A stretch of 49,204 bases of DNA, from the IMG/VR virus record IMGVR_UViG_3300037634_007276, positions 1 to 49,204 of that record; one strand, 5' to 3'. The DNA is from a virus (lineage: Duplodnaviria > Caudoviricetes). Shown here piece by piece: positions 10,001-18,731 of the stretch. Each line of letters starts with the position of its first letter. The first letter of the stretch is position 1. Below the pieces are notes generated by a model. It was given only the letters and a program-made list of their open reading frames with translations, was not told the DNA's origin and searched no databases. The position numbers and the translations under genes were made by a program.

Positions 10001-13000
10001 GAGGCCGGCACTAAGTTAACCAACACAGACTCTATAGCGCTGTCTAGCCACTTATAAAGATTGACAAATTTGTCAACATCGGGTGTCGCACTAACACGCT
10101 CAAAAAACAGCTGTCTTAATTTTTCTAACCCTTTATATCTTTCACGATATTTATGAATTGGAGCGCCGATTTGGTTATTAAAATCATCGATTGACGAAAA
10201 GAAGTTCAACATCTTTCTAGAGATGACATCATACATGCTTGCTTCTATAGCAAAGAAGTTCTTTGATGGCCGCGAAGATCTCGGCAAGGCTTCGTCGTCT
10301 GTGGATAATATTTGAATCATCTTCGAAGAAAGCAGATTCTCTGGTGGAGTTATACGAGCAGTCGGAATATATTCTATTGTATAGACATCGCTGGAGCTTT
10401 CACTGAATCCGTATCCCTTGCCGGGGTGTGAATTCTTGATAGTTTGGCTGTAGTTACCAACATTGTATCTTTGATTCCCCGTCGCATTCGCGACAGTTGA
10501 ACCAGAAGTTATGTCCTCTACAACAAAAGTGCCATCAGTGGCGCTAGAAGATATAGTATCGAAATCCCAATGTAATGCTAAAGTATCGATGTTTGGAACG
10601 TGCAAGAAGCCAATATTGCCTTCCCAAACATGACTATTTTGTCCGGGGTTTTCTCTACCAAAGTTAGCAGGATCTTTCGCATGATATGTTATTTCACTAT
10701 CCGTCAAATAATCTCCCCAGTATCTAAAAGATAAAAGACGAACATCAGATTTTGTTAAAAGCGCGCCGTTGAAATTAGTGCGGTGGGCTCCAACAAAAAG
10801 CTTCTTGTTCATCGCAGTGGTGAATAAAGCCGAAGCAGCCGAATTGGCGGTGGCGCCCGTCATCTCCATCGTGCCGGTGGCCAAAAATTCATTCGCAACT
10901 ACGCCGTGATCTACGTTCACACCATAGAGTTCAACAGATGATGTAACCGACGCAGTTAAATATGAAGACCACGGATATTGCTCTGGTCGAACTCTAACCG
11001 CGAAATTCCATACAGAGTTGTCATATACATCATAAAAAACTGATGATGTTAATGTTGGAAAAAAGCCGGCCGTGGAAGACAGCTTAAAATAAGTTCTATT
11101 ATCATCTACTTTTACAGCAGACACCATAAAATCTCTATCGACGCTGGCAAAGCTTGTAGAATCGCTATCTGACGCGTGGTCCACTTTGTGGCAGCCGAAC
11201 AAAGAAGACTCGCTAAGCCTATCTACAGCAGCGTAGTCGCCCATCTTTGGGAACTTTGGAAACAGAACCTGTGCCTCTACTGTGACTGGAATGTCCCGGT
11301 CGCCATAAGACCCGCTTATATAACCAAAGTCGCCAGTACCAGAAGCAGGGTGTTGGTATATTGTAGCTTCTCTGTCTGCTAGTCTTTTAATTCCGGAAAA
11401 GTCGATGGCGCGCCGTTTTGTTGAGGTCGTTTCGTAACCGCTCTCTATCTCGTGTTCAGCGTTGCTAGTATAAATATTTATTTTGAAAAGCTCATCGTCC
11501 GTTCCGAAACACCGAAATAGATTCCTAAATGCTTTTTCTGTGCCTTTTGACTTGTTGATGAATGTTAAATTGTTATAAATGTTTTTATAAACCAGATTTT
11601 TAACATTCTCAAGTTTCTCTTCATAAACACGTTTATTGTCTCTAGAGAATACTTCCCTTAGAACACCTGCGTCAATGAAGATGTCAGACATTTCAAACCC
11701 TTGCGATCGTAAAAGATCTTTCGAAATGGTAGTACTTTGTTTTGCAGAGCCAGTTATATATGAAGTCTCTTTAAGGCTCGTGAAATAAGAAATCTGACCA
11801 TATAAAGTGTCTAAGTAACTGCCGACGACCTGAGTTAATTTCTTTAGTTCATTGCCATTTTCGTCTTCTTCTCGGATCCACTGTGGAACTGAGTTGTACA
11901 ATGAAGCAATATTTACCATATCGTGTTCTGAGCCCGAAACTTCCAACTCTGTTGCCAAAGCCGTTACATCGCTGTGGGCTCCATACATTATTGGATCTAA
12001 ACTTTCAAATTCGGCAATTCCAGATTCTACGATCGCCGAGCTTGTACTCCTAGAATTCGAAGAATATCCAGTCCACGTTCCGTTTGAAACCCTGCCAGAA
12101 TAATCCAACACTGTTGCGTCTGTCGTTGAGTCTCCTATGATTCCCTCATTAAATTTGAAATAAACGCCTAAATCGACTTTATTGTAATCTACGCTGCTAC
12201 TATGATAATATTTTACTAAATCAGTATTTGTTCCGCCATAGACTGGTGTAAAATAGTTTTTGCCGATGTCCTCTCCAGTTCTAGCCGTCTTCCAGAATCT
12301 AAACTCGTCAATAGACCCGGTTAGCTTGAACCAGCCTGTGCCATAAGTCCCAGCGGCGCCGATGCGGGCCGCTGCGTACCCACCGATAGTGGCTATAGCT
12401 GTTTGTGCCCCGGGGTCGTCGGATCCGGCCCAATTATCAAAGGAGCCAGTGCCATAAGAACTGGTTATGTTTGAATCGGTGTGTCTTCCATCAACATAAA
12501 GCGAAGAGGTGATGAAACTAGCGGCGTCGGCTTTGACCACAATCGCATAGTGGTGCCATTTGCTGTCGGCAATATTTGATAACCCAGTGTCTAAACTGGC
12601 ATTTATAATAGCATGTTTGCCACCAGCAGTTGTGCCGTCCGCAAAATCTAAAACATTTATCTTAGTTTTAGTAGCTGAAGTGTTTCCATCTAAGAAAATC
12701 TCAAACTTCCTATGGCCGACGTTAGCAACCGAAGCTGTTGTTCTTAAATCAAAGATTGTCTCATAGCGTGTTACGCTACTTGGGTTTGTCCAGCCGTCCT
12801 TTTTGAGCCAAAACTCGATTGTGTTCCCGCTGCCGCCGTAGTCAATCTTTAAGTTGTTAAGTTGTTCACTGCCCGTCTTATAAATGTTGTCGGCACGATT
12901 ACCATAAAATGTAATATATTCTTTTGTAGCTGGGTTGCCAAGCGCTGTAACAGTGCCCCACCCAGAGGGCGAAAACAAAGCATAACCAGTAGTCTTTGGA

Positions 13001-13323
13001 TATCTCTCATCGAAAATATATTTTTCAAGAGGGGTTAAGTTGTTATAAAATTCTAGCCTTTCTGCCTTAGAGCCATCATATGGATATTGGTTGTATACTC
13101 TGCTCAGCGCGTCTGCATAATACTGAGTTGCCGATCCATACTTTGCAAAGTTCTCGGGCTTCCCATAATCATAGTCTGGAATAAACTGCTCCTTTGAGCG
13201 GGAATATTCCTCAACATATCTTTGAGATTCAACAGCTTCAGCAAACTGAGCCACTGTCTTTTTTGACAGCCCTCTTAAACTTTGCTCTTGCTTTTGCTTG
13301 TCAAAATATTTTTTAGACCCCAT
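4021..13323 (-). CDS. Giant baseplate/tail protein with LamG (concanavalin A-like) domains (3100 aa)
   Basis: LamG motifs NTIEFWLKK, DSKWHHYAIV, LYVDG, GSIDEFRFWKTART. Wedge-like motif NKSKGTEKAFRNLFRCFG. Second LamG-like region (VWNFAVRV...FRYWGDYLTDSEI). Downstream of gp25/gp6-like genes. Confidence 0.8.
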   Translation of the reverse strand: MGSKKYFDKQKQEQSLRGLSKKTVAQFAEAVESQRYVEEYSRSKEQFIPDYDYGKPENFAKYGSATQYYADALSRVYNQYPYDGSKAERLEFYNNLTPLEKYIFDERYPKTTGYALFSPSGWGTVTALGNPATKEYITFYGNRADNIYKTGSEQLNNLKIDYGGSGNTIEFWLKKDGWTNPSSVTRYETIFDLRTTASVANVGHRKFEIFLDGNTSATKTKINVLDFADGTTAGGKHAIINASLDTGLSNIADSKWHHYAIVVKADAASFITSSLYVDGRHTDSNITSSYGTGSFDNWAGSDDPGAQTAIATIGGYAAARIGAAGTYGTGWFKLTGSIDEFRFWKTARTGEDIGKNYFTPVYGGTNTDLVKYYHSSSVDYNKVDLGVYFKFNEGIIGDSTTDATVLDYSGRVSNGTWTGYSSNSRSTSSAIVESGIAEFESLDPIMYGAHSDVTALATELEVSGSEHDMVNIASLYNSVPQWIREEDENGNELKKLTQVVGSYLDTLYGQISYFTSLKETSYITGSAKQSTTISKDLLRSQGFEMSDIFIDAGVLREVFSRDNKRVYEEKLENVKNLVYKNIYNNLTFINKSKGTEKAFRNLFRCFGTDDELFKINIYTSNAEHEIESGYETTSTKRRAIDFSGIKRLADREATIYQHPASGTGDFGYISGSYGDRDIPVTVEAQVLFPKFPKMGDYAAVDRLSESSLFGCHKVDHASDSDSTSFASVDRDFMVSAVKVDDNRTYFKLSSTAGFFPTLTSSVFYDVYDNSVWNFAVRVRPEQYPWSSYLTASVTSSVELYGVNVDHGVVANEFLATGTMEMTGATANSAASALFTTAMNKKLFVGAHRTNFNGALLTKSDVRLLSFRYWGDYLTDSEITYHAKDPANFGRENPGQNSHVWEGNIGFLHVPNIDTLALHWDFDTISSSATDGTFVVEDITSGSTVANATGNQRYNVGNYSQTIKNSHPGKGYGFSESSSDVYTIEYIPTARITPPENLLSSKMIQILSTDDEALPRSSRPSKNFFAIEASMYDVISRKMLNFFSSIDDFNNQIGAPIHKYRERYKGLEKLRQLFFERVSATPDVDKFVNLYKWLDSAIESVLVNLVPASAEVSENIRTIIESHVLERNKYRHKFAAAKEFVKVDSNNKLRSQLEGESETSYDFSQLYTAPMHPTYEPGPSFAATIDLAMPHMSPVPSYYDARTPPTIGADGYPTDESESAVWWKLRAERDRGIFSKTSPTTAEKSATTTRTQLWYNNKIAAISRSAMPVVDLEAEEQTYAAGVNDKRNHIWDYYRKIVNYIDVGTTALSATINIDALNVVGQPFVHDQSLTGGLRKYPYKVQGIVQGTTTTLDSKFNENKLPFSVISSSVSGGYQGRFVANDTTYAVEDIHHDIYAPVYEIPMQGPFAEENAGGNMYRHGNLLVTQSAIAEPSGRREGYKVIYPNASMDPNSISVVSAVTPGESDRPRGDYTRGNISKAPVIIKNILPTSFFSTSKTGTTQQYVQIGNYVQDYEVVHLSGRSENNRYFRLVSGTQPTEKDSFIGPTAQPFKEFALPVRSTGSNKFVFVNKFSNRTGIEGESEAFLDWQSGEYSPYNAMPYQNLVVKTGLNTLWSRPANRFGRDSHFINNQSFHKTHRNTVERPALAAQSSSLEVTNSASPAQVKDNMWVSHQIPQSEINYKWINDSWLFVRTGSGPGAWAPRFVNDRFAVNSFGEPKVTDIKYLPLLGFDHSTGSEAIMFVSASDVGFVGGDIWSLGKNYIDSSASSDHAQFVGVDFVGMNVAVYEPVSSSVNTLGFPQGIYPGSNWYSNYAFSYNSITNGFLKQQTASANDVGFTNALLLHRNGPYGWPTWKQIRTAEHPVVRYHINNNIYESKKTVYDNARKTYVTESSRVIQTPVTAKHKPIMHNLATSMIKYEFGNNKHYFAEVYDVAKDRIIDYHEDFNVYKKGLKNTMLYRSTRGEDWETVRYSEVVYPRDENVFKSIIRNKPNYVSFWDGDFMTRLDKAVTSRLPTSQGIPDYFSFWQMDVSNMITYKGEVTFDRSGELMQHDNCINAASASISDYSFLPCAGATSQYVYARYGRNYCDCRPSNQVQSQAATGAFYDSYEEYAADIRAIAQDYSIIPDFTISEHIRNIITNHNGDFYQDIYSLKLSGAFGTAAGGGTTEEEVYNNTTFFEKLSHADTMTHLGDIEGELGEPDSINIKMSGILKLLPVDGFYPMQRTIQLAGEFRESYYSGSEAGLLNAGSPGKSAWRTALRPFYNPGIMYNTIKTGVAVDYPIIDEESDSNRVATSSNTAEYTKRLPFEAIIEPSTYARKIKGPASLVEPQDLRLFDWDPDQGMTKTFTASLGGTDGVYEKASHNFFAESVNFFVSDLTNLSSTPEEEWSFKEQKVGKIWSMDVVVDKSTNFTMHDAVGYFGHKPYKHHTPAWYPLKTGTSYTNDGSNNWWMYVTGNVAACSGAVKIPPIAAHAKNSAIATIKFDPTNIYNVDPEKFFSGKFTFEDIVANSTLSFKNQDRADQYTVFSISSGGMALSASLNLFQKDKEKRWTISTKYETPILNFANVDALATKAGGSSSFDGNGSTGGDPYRGMWHQYGLQCTGSEGLWLRVADSQLTIAQKSMTGSLLDACGFSNERKKIGQLKPQKELREAAVAIPFYYDEDDKEQFFDLPLEQFEQAYSDITQAAAAQSTVKKKGEEYVLTVENSIADMIFKMRRYNLIPQYDFVRVRDKATRPLNTKKQYEPALPPFAMYIFEFSNILSKTDLQKIWQGVLPEIGKTAQKQEITLSHELKDGELLSKSVFEEQGLEGGKIPEDIRWKIFKIKRRAANNYFEMLEQKLNLPENAAKNKGKLLSAEYGANWPYDYCSLVEFGKLETSFDFNREEKEKKEKERVEERRTEDLVLVDDSISSRDREGLASAIREKRSSTTATIMANSNDRPAPHSHEIRIDASGQGIALFKCSPESDRVCHEHKIIDFRVAEAQSDCYPECREYYGTSGIAPHTHKITLNEENIDRGAIAIENPRRIQPTIRREEIAAAIESFTEPVPSRVQPPAPQRTAAPPPSQTRQPASNLNSGRPTPSREPVSREARPTRDDDDRGGGRY

Positions 13324-14810
13324 TACTCTACCCGGAATTTAAAGACTTCTGATTGTTCTGCATATTCACCATTAATTTTGTATATGAGTTTAATTCCATA
13401 CATATAATCAACTTCAAACATATTCATTTCTAAATCAAAATAGCTCCCAGAAATATCGTATGATAATCGAGTGTGGTTTGTGCTTCCTGTTCCATAACCA
13501 ATTACTTCGTAATCGTCTACAACTCTCAGCACCTTATAGTAAGCATCCTCAATTACCTTATTTTCAATATCTGTTGATGCCTTGCTATAAATAGTTGGAT
13601 TCCAATCTTTTTCACGAATATGAAGTCTGAACCTAGCTGTCTCAATAGTCGAGTAATTTGACTTAAGATTAGTTATTTTTGATACGTGAAGCGGCTTTGG
13701 ATTATAATTTGATGACTTAAACGTCTTAACTGTCGTCGCTGACCCAGTGTGGTACTCTGTTGAACTGCTATGCCAAACAGGATAAACTACAGTAATAGAA
13801 CTGCTGGCATATGCAAAAGAAGCTGAGTAAATGCCCGTAGAAACATATCCGCCCGTGACGATTTGATGGCCATCTGTGACAACGCCGCCGCCGGCCGGCA
13901 ATTTAAGCCGGCTTCCAGATGGCGCTGCATTGGTTGCAGAACCTGAATACAGGCTAACCCAAATTTCTCCAGTTGCCGCAAGATTGGGAACGTTTTTAAG
14001 CTCTCCCTTCACAACATTATATAAATAAATTGTATTTATATTATCTGCGGCAGGCAACAAAGAACTGCTTAAATAAAACCTTCCAGAGTGATCTTTCTTT
14101 GAATCATCCCAGCGAGCCTCTAGAACTGGCCTTTTGAAAAAGAATTCCGAGCCTTTCGCAAAGAACTTTTTAGTATAAAACGATTTCGAAAGCGATGCTG
14201 TTGCCGGTGCCATTCTAACACCAAAGCCATGATCGCCTTTAAGTGCAGCAACGTCACTTAGCCAATCTTCAACAAGGTTTGAAACATCGATCTCTACATC
14301 TTCGGTACCAGTGGAGCCAAACGAAGCGGTGTAATCGTATACGGCGGCGCTGCCAGTAAAAAAATCAGCACCTTGAGTTTCCCAAGTTGAGCCAGAGGCG
14401 GCGTATTCCCACGTCGTGCCAATACCATATGGCCAACCTAAGTCGCTAAATTCTTCCATATCTAAACCATAGCCTTCGTCCCAGCTTTTGGTTATTGCAT
14501 TAATTTGCATCGTGTAATCGACGGGCAAAGTCTCTGAGTGTTCTGCATTGTACATTCGCAGAAACCAGCTTACGCTTCCGGACGCGGGCACCTTGCCAGC
14601 GCTTCGCGAAGCTGCTAATTCAGTCATTGAGAAGTTGACCAAGACTCTAGACTGTTCAGAAGAAGAAGTCGACGCCTGACCATAAATACTATAAACCTCT
14701 AAAATATCTGAGCTTCCCATGTTCGAAGAAGTCGCCCTTGTTGACATATTTTGCTTATAAGCATTTGTTATTGTTGTATCCTTATTAGCCAAGAATCTTT
14801 TAACTGCCAT
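13323..14810 (-). CDS. Putative baseplate/tail structural protein, possibly DNRLRE-like beta-sandwich (495 aa)
   Basis: Lies between the gp6-like wedge and the giant protein. KDTTI...SRVLVNF...SWDEGYG...DVSNLVEDW...RPVLEARWDD pattern. Ser/Thr rich. Confidence 0.6.
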   Translation of the reverse strand: MAVKRFLANKDTTITNAYKQNMSTRATSSNMGSSDILEVYSIYGQASTSSSEQSRVLVNFSMTELAASRSAGKVPASGSVSWFLRMYNAEHSETLPVDYTMQINAITKSWDEGYGLDMEEFSDLGWPYGIGTTWEYAASGSTWETQGADFFTGSAAVYDYTASFGSTGTEDVEIDVSNLVEDWLSDVAALKGDHGFGVRMAPATASLSKSFYTKKFFAKGSEFFFKRPVLEARWDDSKKDHSGRFYLSSSLLPAADNINTIYLYNVVKGELKNVPNLAATGEIWVSLYSGSATNAAPSGSRLKLPAGGGVVTDGHQIVTGGYVSTGIYSASFAYASSSITVVYPVWHSSSTEYHTGSATTVKTFKSSNYNPKPLHVSKITNLKSNYSTIETARFRLHIREKDWNPTIYSKASTDIENKVIEDAYYKVLRVVDDYEVIGYGTGSTNHTRLSYDISGSYFDLEMNMFEVDYMYGIKLIYKINGEYAEQSEVFKFRVE

Positions 14811-16603
14811 TACTTAACCACTCCTGTTATATCTTGCTCTGGGAACTTCACTTCTAAAATTACGTTTTCTGGTACTTTTATGAATCTTCCGTCTTTAGTC
14901 ATATTTGACTCCACATCATAACCAGCGGTGCTATATGCAGTGCCCGTCTTATTAACGATGACAACGGAAGTGGCATCTACAACTTCTGGTAAATCATTTA
15001 AGACTTTGTATATTTCCGAAATATAAAACGGCTGGCCCATTATAAAATTACTCTTAATGATCTCTTCTTTTACGGCACTCATAGCTTTTAATAGGATCTC
15101 TGACTTGCTTTTATGTAATACGCCGACGACCTCAAACTTAATACCAAAATTCGCTATTCTGCCATCTAAAATATCAACTGTATCGTTAATCATTTTATAT
15201 TGATTTAACCAAGTCTTGAGGTTTTCTTTCAGTGTAGATGAAGCAAACGCAAGTTTTCCGTCAATACCTTCTGCTATGACATATAAATTTAGATTTCTCT
15301 TAAAAGAATTTTTATCTTGAATCATATTCGCCCTTTTAATGGAGCCAAATTTTGCCGGCATTCTATAAACTAGGCTTAAATAATCTTGTTTTGTTACTGC
15401 TCTATTTTGTGCTGAGTAAGAGTCTTTTGCCCTTATTCGAATTTCATCCGGTGAAGGCAGCGATGTTTGTCCCAATATCGCCTCTTCGTTTGTTACTTGC
15501 AAAGAGTCGCGGATTGTAGCTACAACACCGGAATCAACACCGCTACTAGTAAATTCAATTATAGCATTAGATATCGAGTTTAAAGAGCCAACGGGAACGT
15601 TAGAAATGCCAGATGTGTTTTTTCTATAAGTTACCGTCAGTATTCCTTCAGCTGGATTTACTCCTAATTTTTCTGTTTTGGTTATAATACTTGGATCAAA
15701 AGAATCGTCCGTATAATATGTTTTCCCATCTAGTTTTAAAGCTGCCGTGGAAGGCTCTGGAAACATATCATTCTTTAATGTACTGGCAGAACCATACCCA
15801 AATTGCAGGAACGTATCGCCGTTAATTGTATGTTCAGACGTAAACCTTCGCGGCGCGATCATATCTCTTAGGATATATGGTACGGACTCCTTGTCGGCGG
15901 CTGTTCTATTCCTGACTGCGCGCTGCACCATGTTTTGCGAAAGATACTCTACTTCGAAAAATTCGTGACCCTCTGAATCAAAAACTGAAATAATTTCTGT
16001 AATATTTTCCCCTGTTAGCTTCAAACGAAGGAATTTCTTATAAGAAGGTACAGTGATGAGTTCCGTCTCGTATATACCAGAGATTATTTTCCCATAAGCC
16101 CTATAAGCATAGCTTGAAGGCACACCATTGGAATCAACCTCGCCGACAACTATTTTAGCGTTCGAACTAGCGAAGTTAACATCTTCTTGTAAGATAAACG
16201 AAGCGCCGCCGTTTGAGTTGATCACAGATCCTTCTTTTAATGTTGGTATGTTGTCTTCATTGGGCAGCCCTGTTGCTGCTGCTGGGACTGTGACATAGAA
16301 AGCACACATACCAGTAGAAGAGATTGAGCCGGGCAATTTATACCCCATCTGTTTCGCTAATTTTAGAATGTTCTTTGTTTCGTTTGCTGTGTCAATAAAA
16401 GTCTCGTTTAGTTGGTAATCGGAATAGAATGATAGAACGTCGCCGACATAAGCAACCATATCAAAAAGCAATGCGCCGAATGACGCTTGGTTGAAATCTT
16501 TATAGGTATCGGGGTAGTAGACCTTGGCATACTTGATCAGATCTTCTTTTATGCTATTAAAGTCTCTGTTAATATATCTAATTGGCGGTGTTTTTTTTGC
16601 CAT
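14810..16603 (-). CDS. Baseplate wedge subunit (T4 gp6 / baseplate J-like, 597 aa)
   Basis: RDFNSIKEDL...YKDFNQASFGALLFDMVAYVGDVLSFYSDYQLNETFIDTA and AQNRAVTKQDY motifs. Adjacent to the gp25-like gene. Confidence 0.9.
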   Translation of the reverse strand: MAKKTPPIRYINRDFNSIKEDLIKYAKVYYPDTYKDFNQASFGALLFDMVAYVGDVLSFYSDYQLNETFIDTANETKNILKLAKQMGYKLPGSISSTGMCAFYVTVPAAATGLPNEDNIPTLKEGSVINSNGGASFILQEDVNFASSNAKIVVGEVDSNGVPSSYAYRAYGKIISGIYETELITVPSYKKFLRLKLTGENITEIISVFDSEGHEFFEVEYLSQNMVQRAVRNRTAADKESVPYILRDMIAPRRFTSEHTINGDTFLQFGYGSASTLKNDMFPEPSTAALKLDGKTYYTDDSFDPSIITKTEKLGVNPAEGILTVTYRKNTSGISNVPVGSLNSISNAIIEFTSSGVDSGVVATIRDSLQVTNEEAILGQTSLPSPDEIRIRAKDSYSAQNRAVTKQDYLSLVYRMPAKFGSIKRANMIQDKNSFKRNLNLYVIAEGIDGKLAFASSTLKENLKTWLNQYKMINDTVDILDGRIANFGIKFEVVGVLHKSKSEILLKAMSAVKEEIIKSNFIMGQPFYISEIYKVLNDLPEVVDATSVVIVNKTGTAYSTAGYDVESNMTKDGRFIKVPENVILEVKFPEQDITGVVK

Positions 16604-16615
16604 CTTTTAAAATTC

Positions 16616-16990
16616 CTATTTTTTATCAATATTCAACGAAAGAGCCTCGCTTACCCCTAAGTTTGAAATATAATAACTTATCGCAATATTCATCGTATGT
16701 TCCACTAGATCAATTTTGGTATTCGTTATTTTAATAAAAGGCAAATACTTTTGTGTTTGATCTAAAAGGCGCTCTTTAAATAGCTCCACAACTTCACTTT
16801 TTTCGTTTTCAAACAAGATTTGGTGCACTCCGACTCCAAAATCAGGATTCATTATCCTTTCGCCCGGGACAGTCATTATCAAGTTGGTAAAGTTTTGCTT
16901 TACCGTTTCTGGTAAAGTTTTTGTTAATTGATACGGGCCGTCGCTCTTATCATAGCGAAGTGGTATTTTTAATGAAAGTCCTTCTGCCAT
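16616..16990 (-). CDS. Baseplate wedge protein, gp25/GPW family (124 aa)
   Basis: KQNFTNLIMTVPGERIMNPDFGVGV signature. Size and position fit. Confidence 0.9.
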   Translation of the reverse strand: MAEGLSLKIPLRYDKSDGPYQLTKTLPETVKQNFTNLIMTVPGERIMNPDFGVGVHQILFENEKSEVVELFKERLLDQTQKYLPFIKITNTKIDLVEHTMNIAISYYISNLGVSEALSLNIDKK

Positions 16991-16995
16991 CTCGT

Positions 16996-18729
16996 TTATA
17001 CCTCTAATAAATCAATTACATTAAAAATCATACTTTCTAATATCTGATTATAATCCCTCAATTCGCTGACTACTTCTGTGCCGGCGGTGCCCAATAGTTT
17101 CGAAATGTCGTCTTTGAAAAGTACCTTGCCGTCGATGTCCGCGTGGCCTTTTGTTATTAGCGGTTTGATCGCCTCGTCTTTAAACGGCTTTTCTTTCTCT
17201 GTTTCTACATAATTAGTTATGTCTTCAGCAGTTTTTAAAATAAACTTTGTAAACATTCTTTTCAAGGCGCCCTCCGCTAGTTCTTTTGAACCCCACTCAA
17301 TTTTGTTGATTTCTTGTTGTATCTGATCAATTTCATTTTGCTTTGCTTTCGCCGCTTCGGTTTCGCCGGCCCTCTCTAGTTCTTCTTTTTCCCTCTCCTT
17401 TTTTTCCTTAATTTCATTTTGACATACTATATTTTTCTTAAATTCATCCCACTTAGCCGACTCTTCTAAGGCTGCAGCAGCAAAAAAATATAATTTTTGT
17501 ATTTCCGATTGATTTTTCACGCTCTCTCTACCCAAAGAATCCTCAAACGCGGGCAAATTAACGACGATCTCAAAACGAGAAGCCAATATGGCCAACCACT
17601 GCTTGTGTTCGCTGAGCTTAGATGCGAGCGCGGTGGAGAGGCCCTTAAAATGATTATGTGTGAAGCTACACTTTTTTGTCCACCATTTTATTCTTTTTCG
17701 GGCCATGGCATCATAGTCTAGACCGGGCGGGCCAGTCAGTTCCTGCAGAACAAGCTGCTCCATTGTGCGTTTCTTTGACGGCTTGTCAAAGCCGGCTTCG
17801 TCTTGGGCCGTCCACCAGTTGAGCTTTTCGTTGTAGTCGTCGCTTGAGCCCGGGGAATTGTGCGGTAAATACTCTATTTGCATGTTCTTAAAAAGCCATA
17901 ACATGCCGCAGCGGAAGAGGGCCGCGTTATTGTCAGCACCCATTCCAAACTTTTTTGCCTTCGGCGGTATAAAAGAGCCTTTAGTGACTTTTGGTTTATA
18001 TTGTAAAGGGCCGTCCCAATTGGCATCGCCCTCGTGAGTATCTGGTACCAAATAAAGAGACGCTGCGTTGGTACCCGCTTCGCCATATTGGCTTGTTCTA
18101 ACACTAAAAAGATGAGAAGCCATAAAAAATTCAACTAAAACATCTTCTCCTCTGATACCCGTAGTTTTATCAGGATGGCCGTCTTTGGGCAGCGCGATGG
18201 CCATTTTCCCGGGAATGGTTTTATAGTGAAGATTATAGTGGTTGGTTTTAGTCGAATGACTGACCTTCCGATCGGGTATATTTTGATCGTCGCCCTGCCC
18301 GTCCCAAAATTTATTCCAAACGGCGGCGGTGTCATCGTATAACTTAAGTTCATCGCCTGCTTGCTTTACGGCACCTTCCAACCTAGAAATAATCAGGTTC
18401 CGGGCGTCGGTGCGTTTGGGGCCTGATTTATTCGCGAAAGCAGCGGTGACGCCGGCCGGATCTATTCCGGGCAGAACTTTATGTAAAGTCTTGTCTTCCA
18501 AATGTTTTTTTAGTTTTTCATTAAACTGGGATTGTTGTTTAGGGTCCGGATGTATAGTGCCGTCAAACCACTCATCTATTAAACCAGAAAAATTCTCTTT
18601 ATTGGAGGATTTGTAATTATAATATAATCTAATGCCGCTAAGTGGATAATATTGTAGAAGAAATGAGCGGAACCTCTCTTCTAAAACAACCTGTAGTATA
18701 ATTTTTGCATATGCATCAAGCCCTACCAT
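16996..18729 (-). CDS. Hypothetical protein with C-terminal charged coiled coil (577 aa)
   Basis: Long ORF in the baseplate operon. EIKEKKEREKEELERAGE...QQEINKIE helical tract. Confidence 0.7.
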   Translation of the reverse strand: MVGLDAYAKIILQVVLEERFRSFLLQYYPLSGIRLYYNYKSSNKENFSGLIDEWFDGTIHPDPKQQSQFNEKLKKHLEDKTLHKVLPGIDPAGVTAAFANKSGPKRTDARNLIISRLEGAVKQAGDELKLYDDTAAVWNKFWDGQGDDQNIPDRKVSHSTKTNHYNLHYKTIPGKMAIALPKDGHPDKTTGIRGEDVLVEFFMASHLFSVRTSQYGEAGTNAASLYLVPDTHEGDANWDGPLQYKPKVTKGSFIPPKAKKFGMGADNNAALFRCGMLWLFKNMQIEYLPHNSPGSSDDYNEKLNWWTAQDEAGFDKPSKKRTMEQLVLQELTGPPGLDYDAMARKRIKWWTKKCSFTHNHFKGLSTALASKLSEHKQWLAILASRFEIVVNLPAFEDSLGRESVKNQSEIQKLYFFAAAALEESAKWDEFKKNIVCQNEIKEKKEREKEELERAGETEAAKAKQNEIDQIQQEINKIEWGSKELAEGALKRMFTKFILKTAEDITNYVETEKEKPFKDEAIKPLITKGHADIDGKVLFKDDISKLLGTAGTEVVSELRDYNQILESMIFNVIDLLEV

Positions 18730-18731
18730 TT

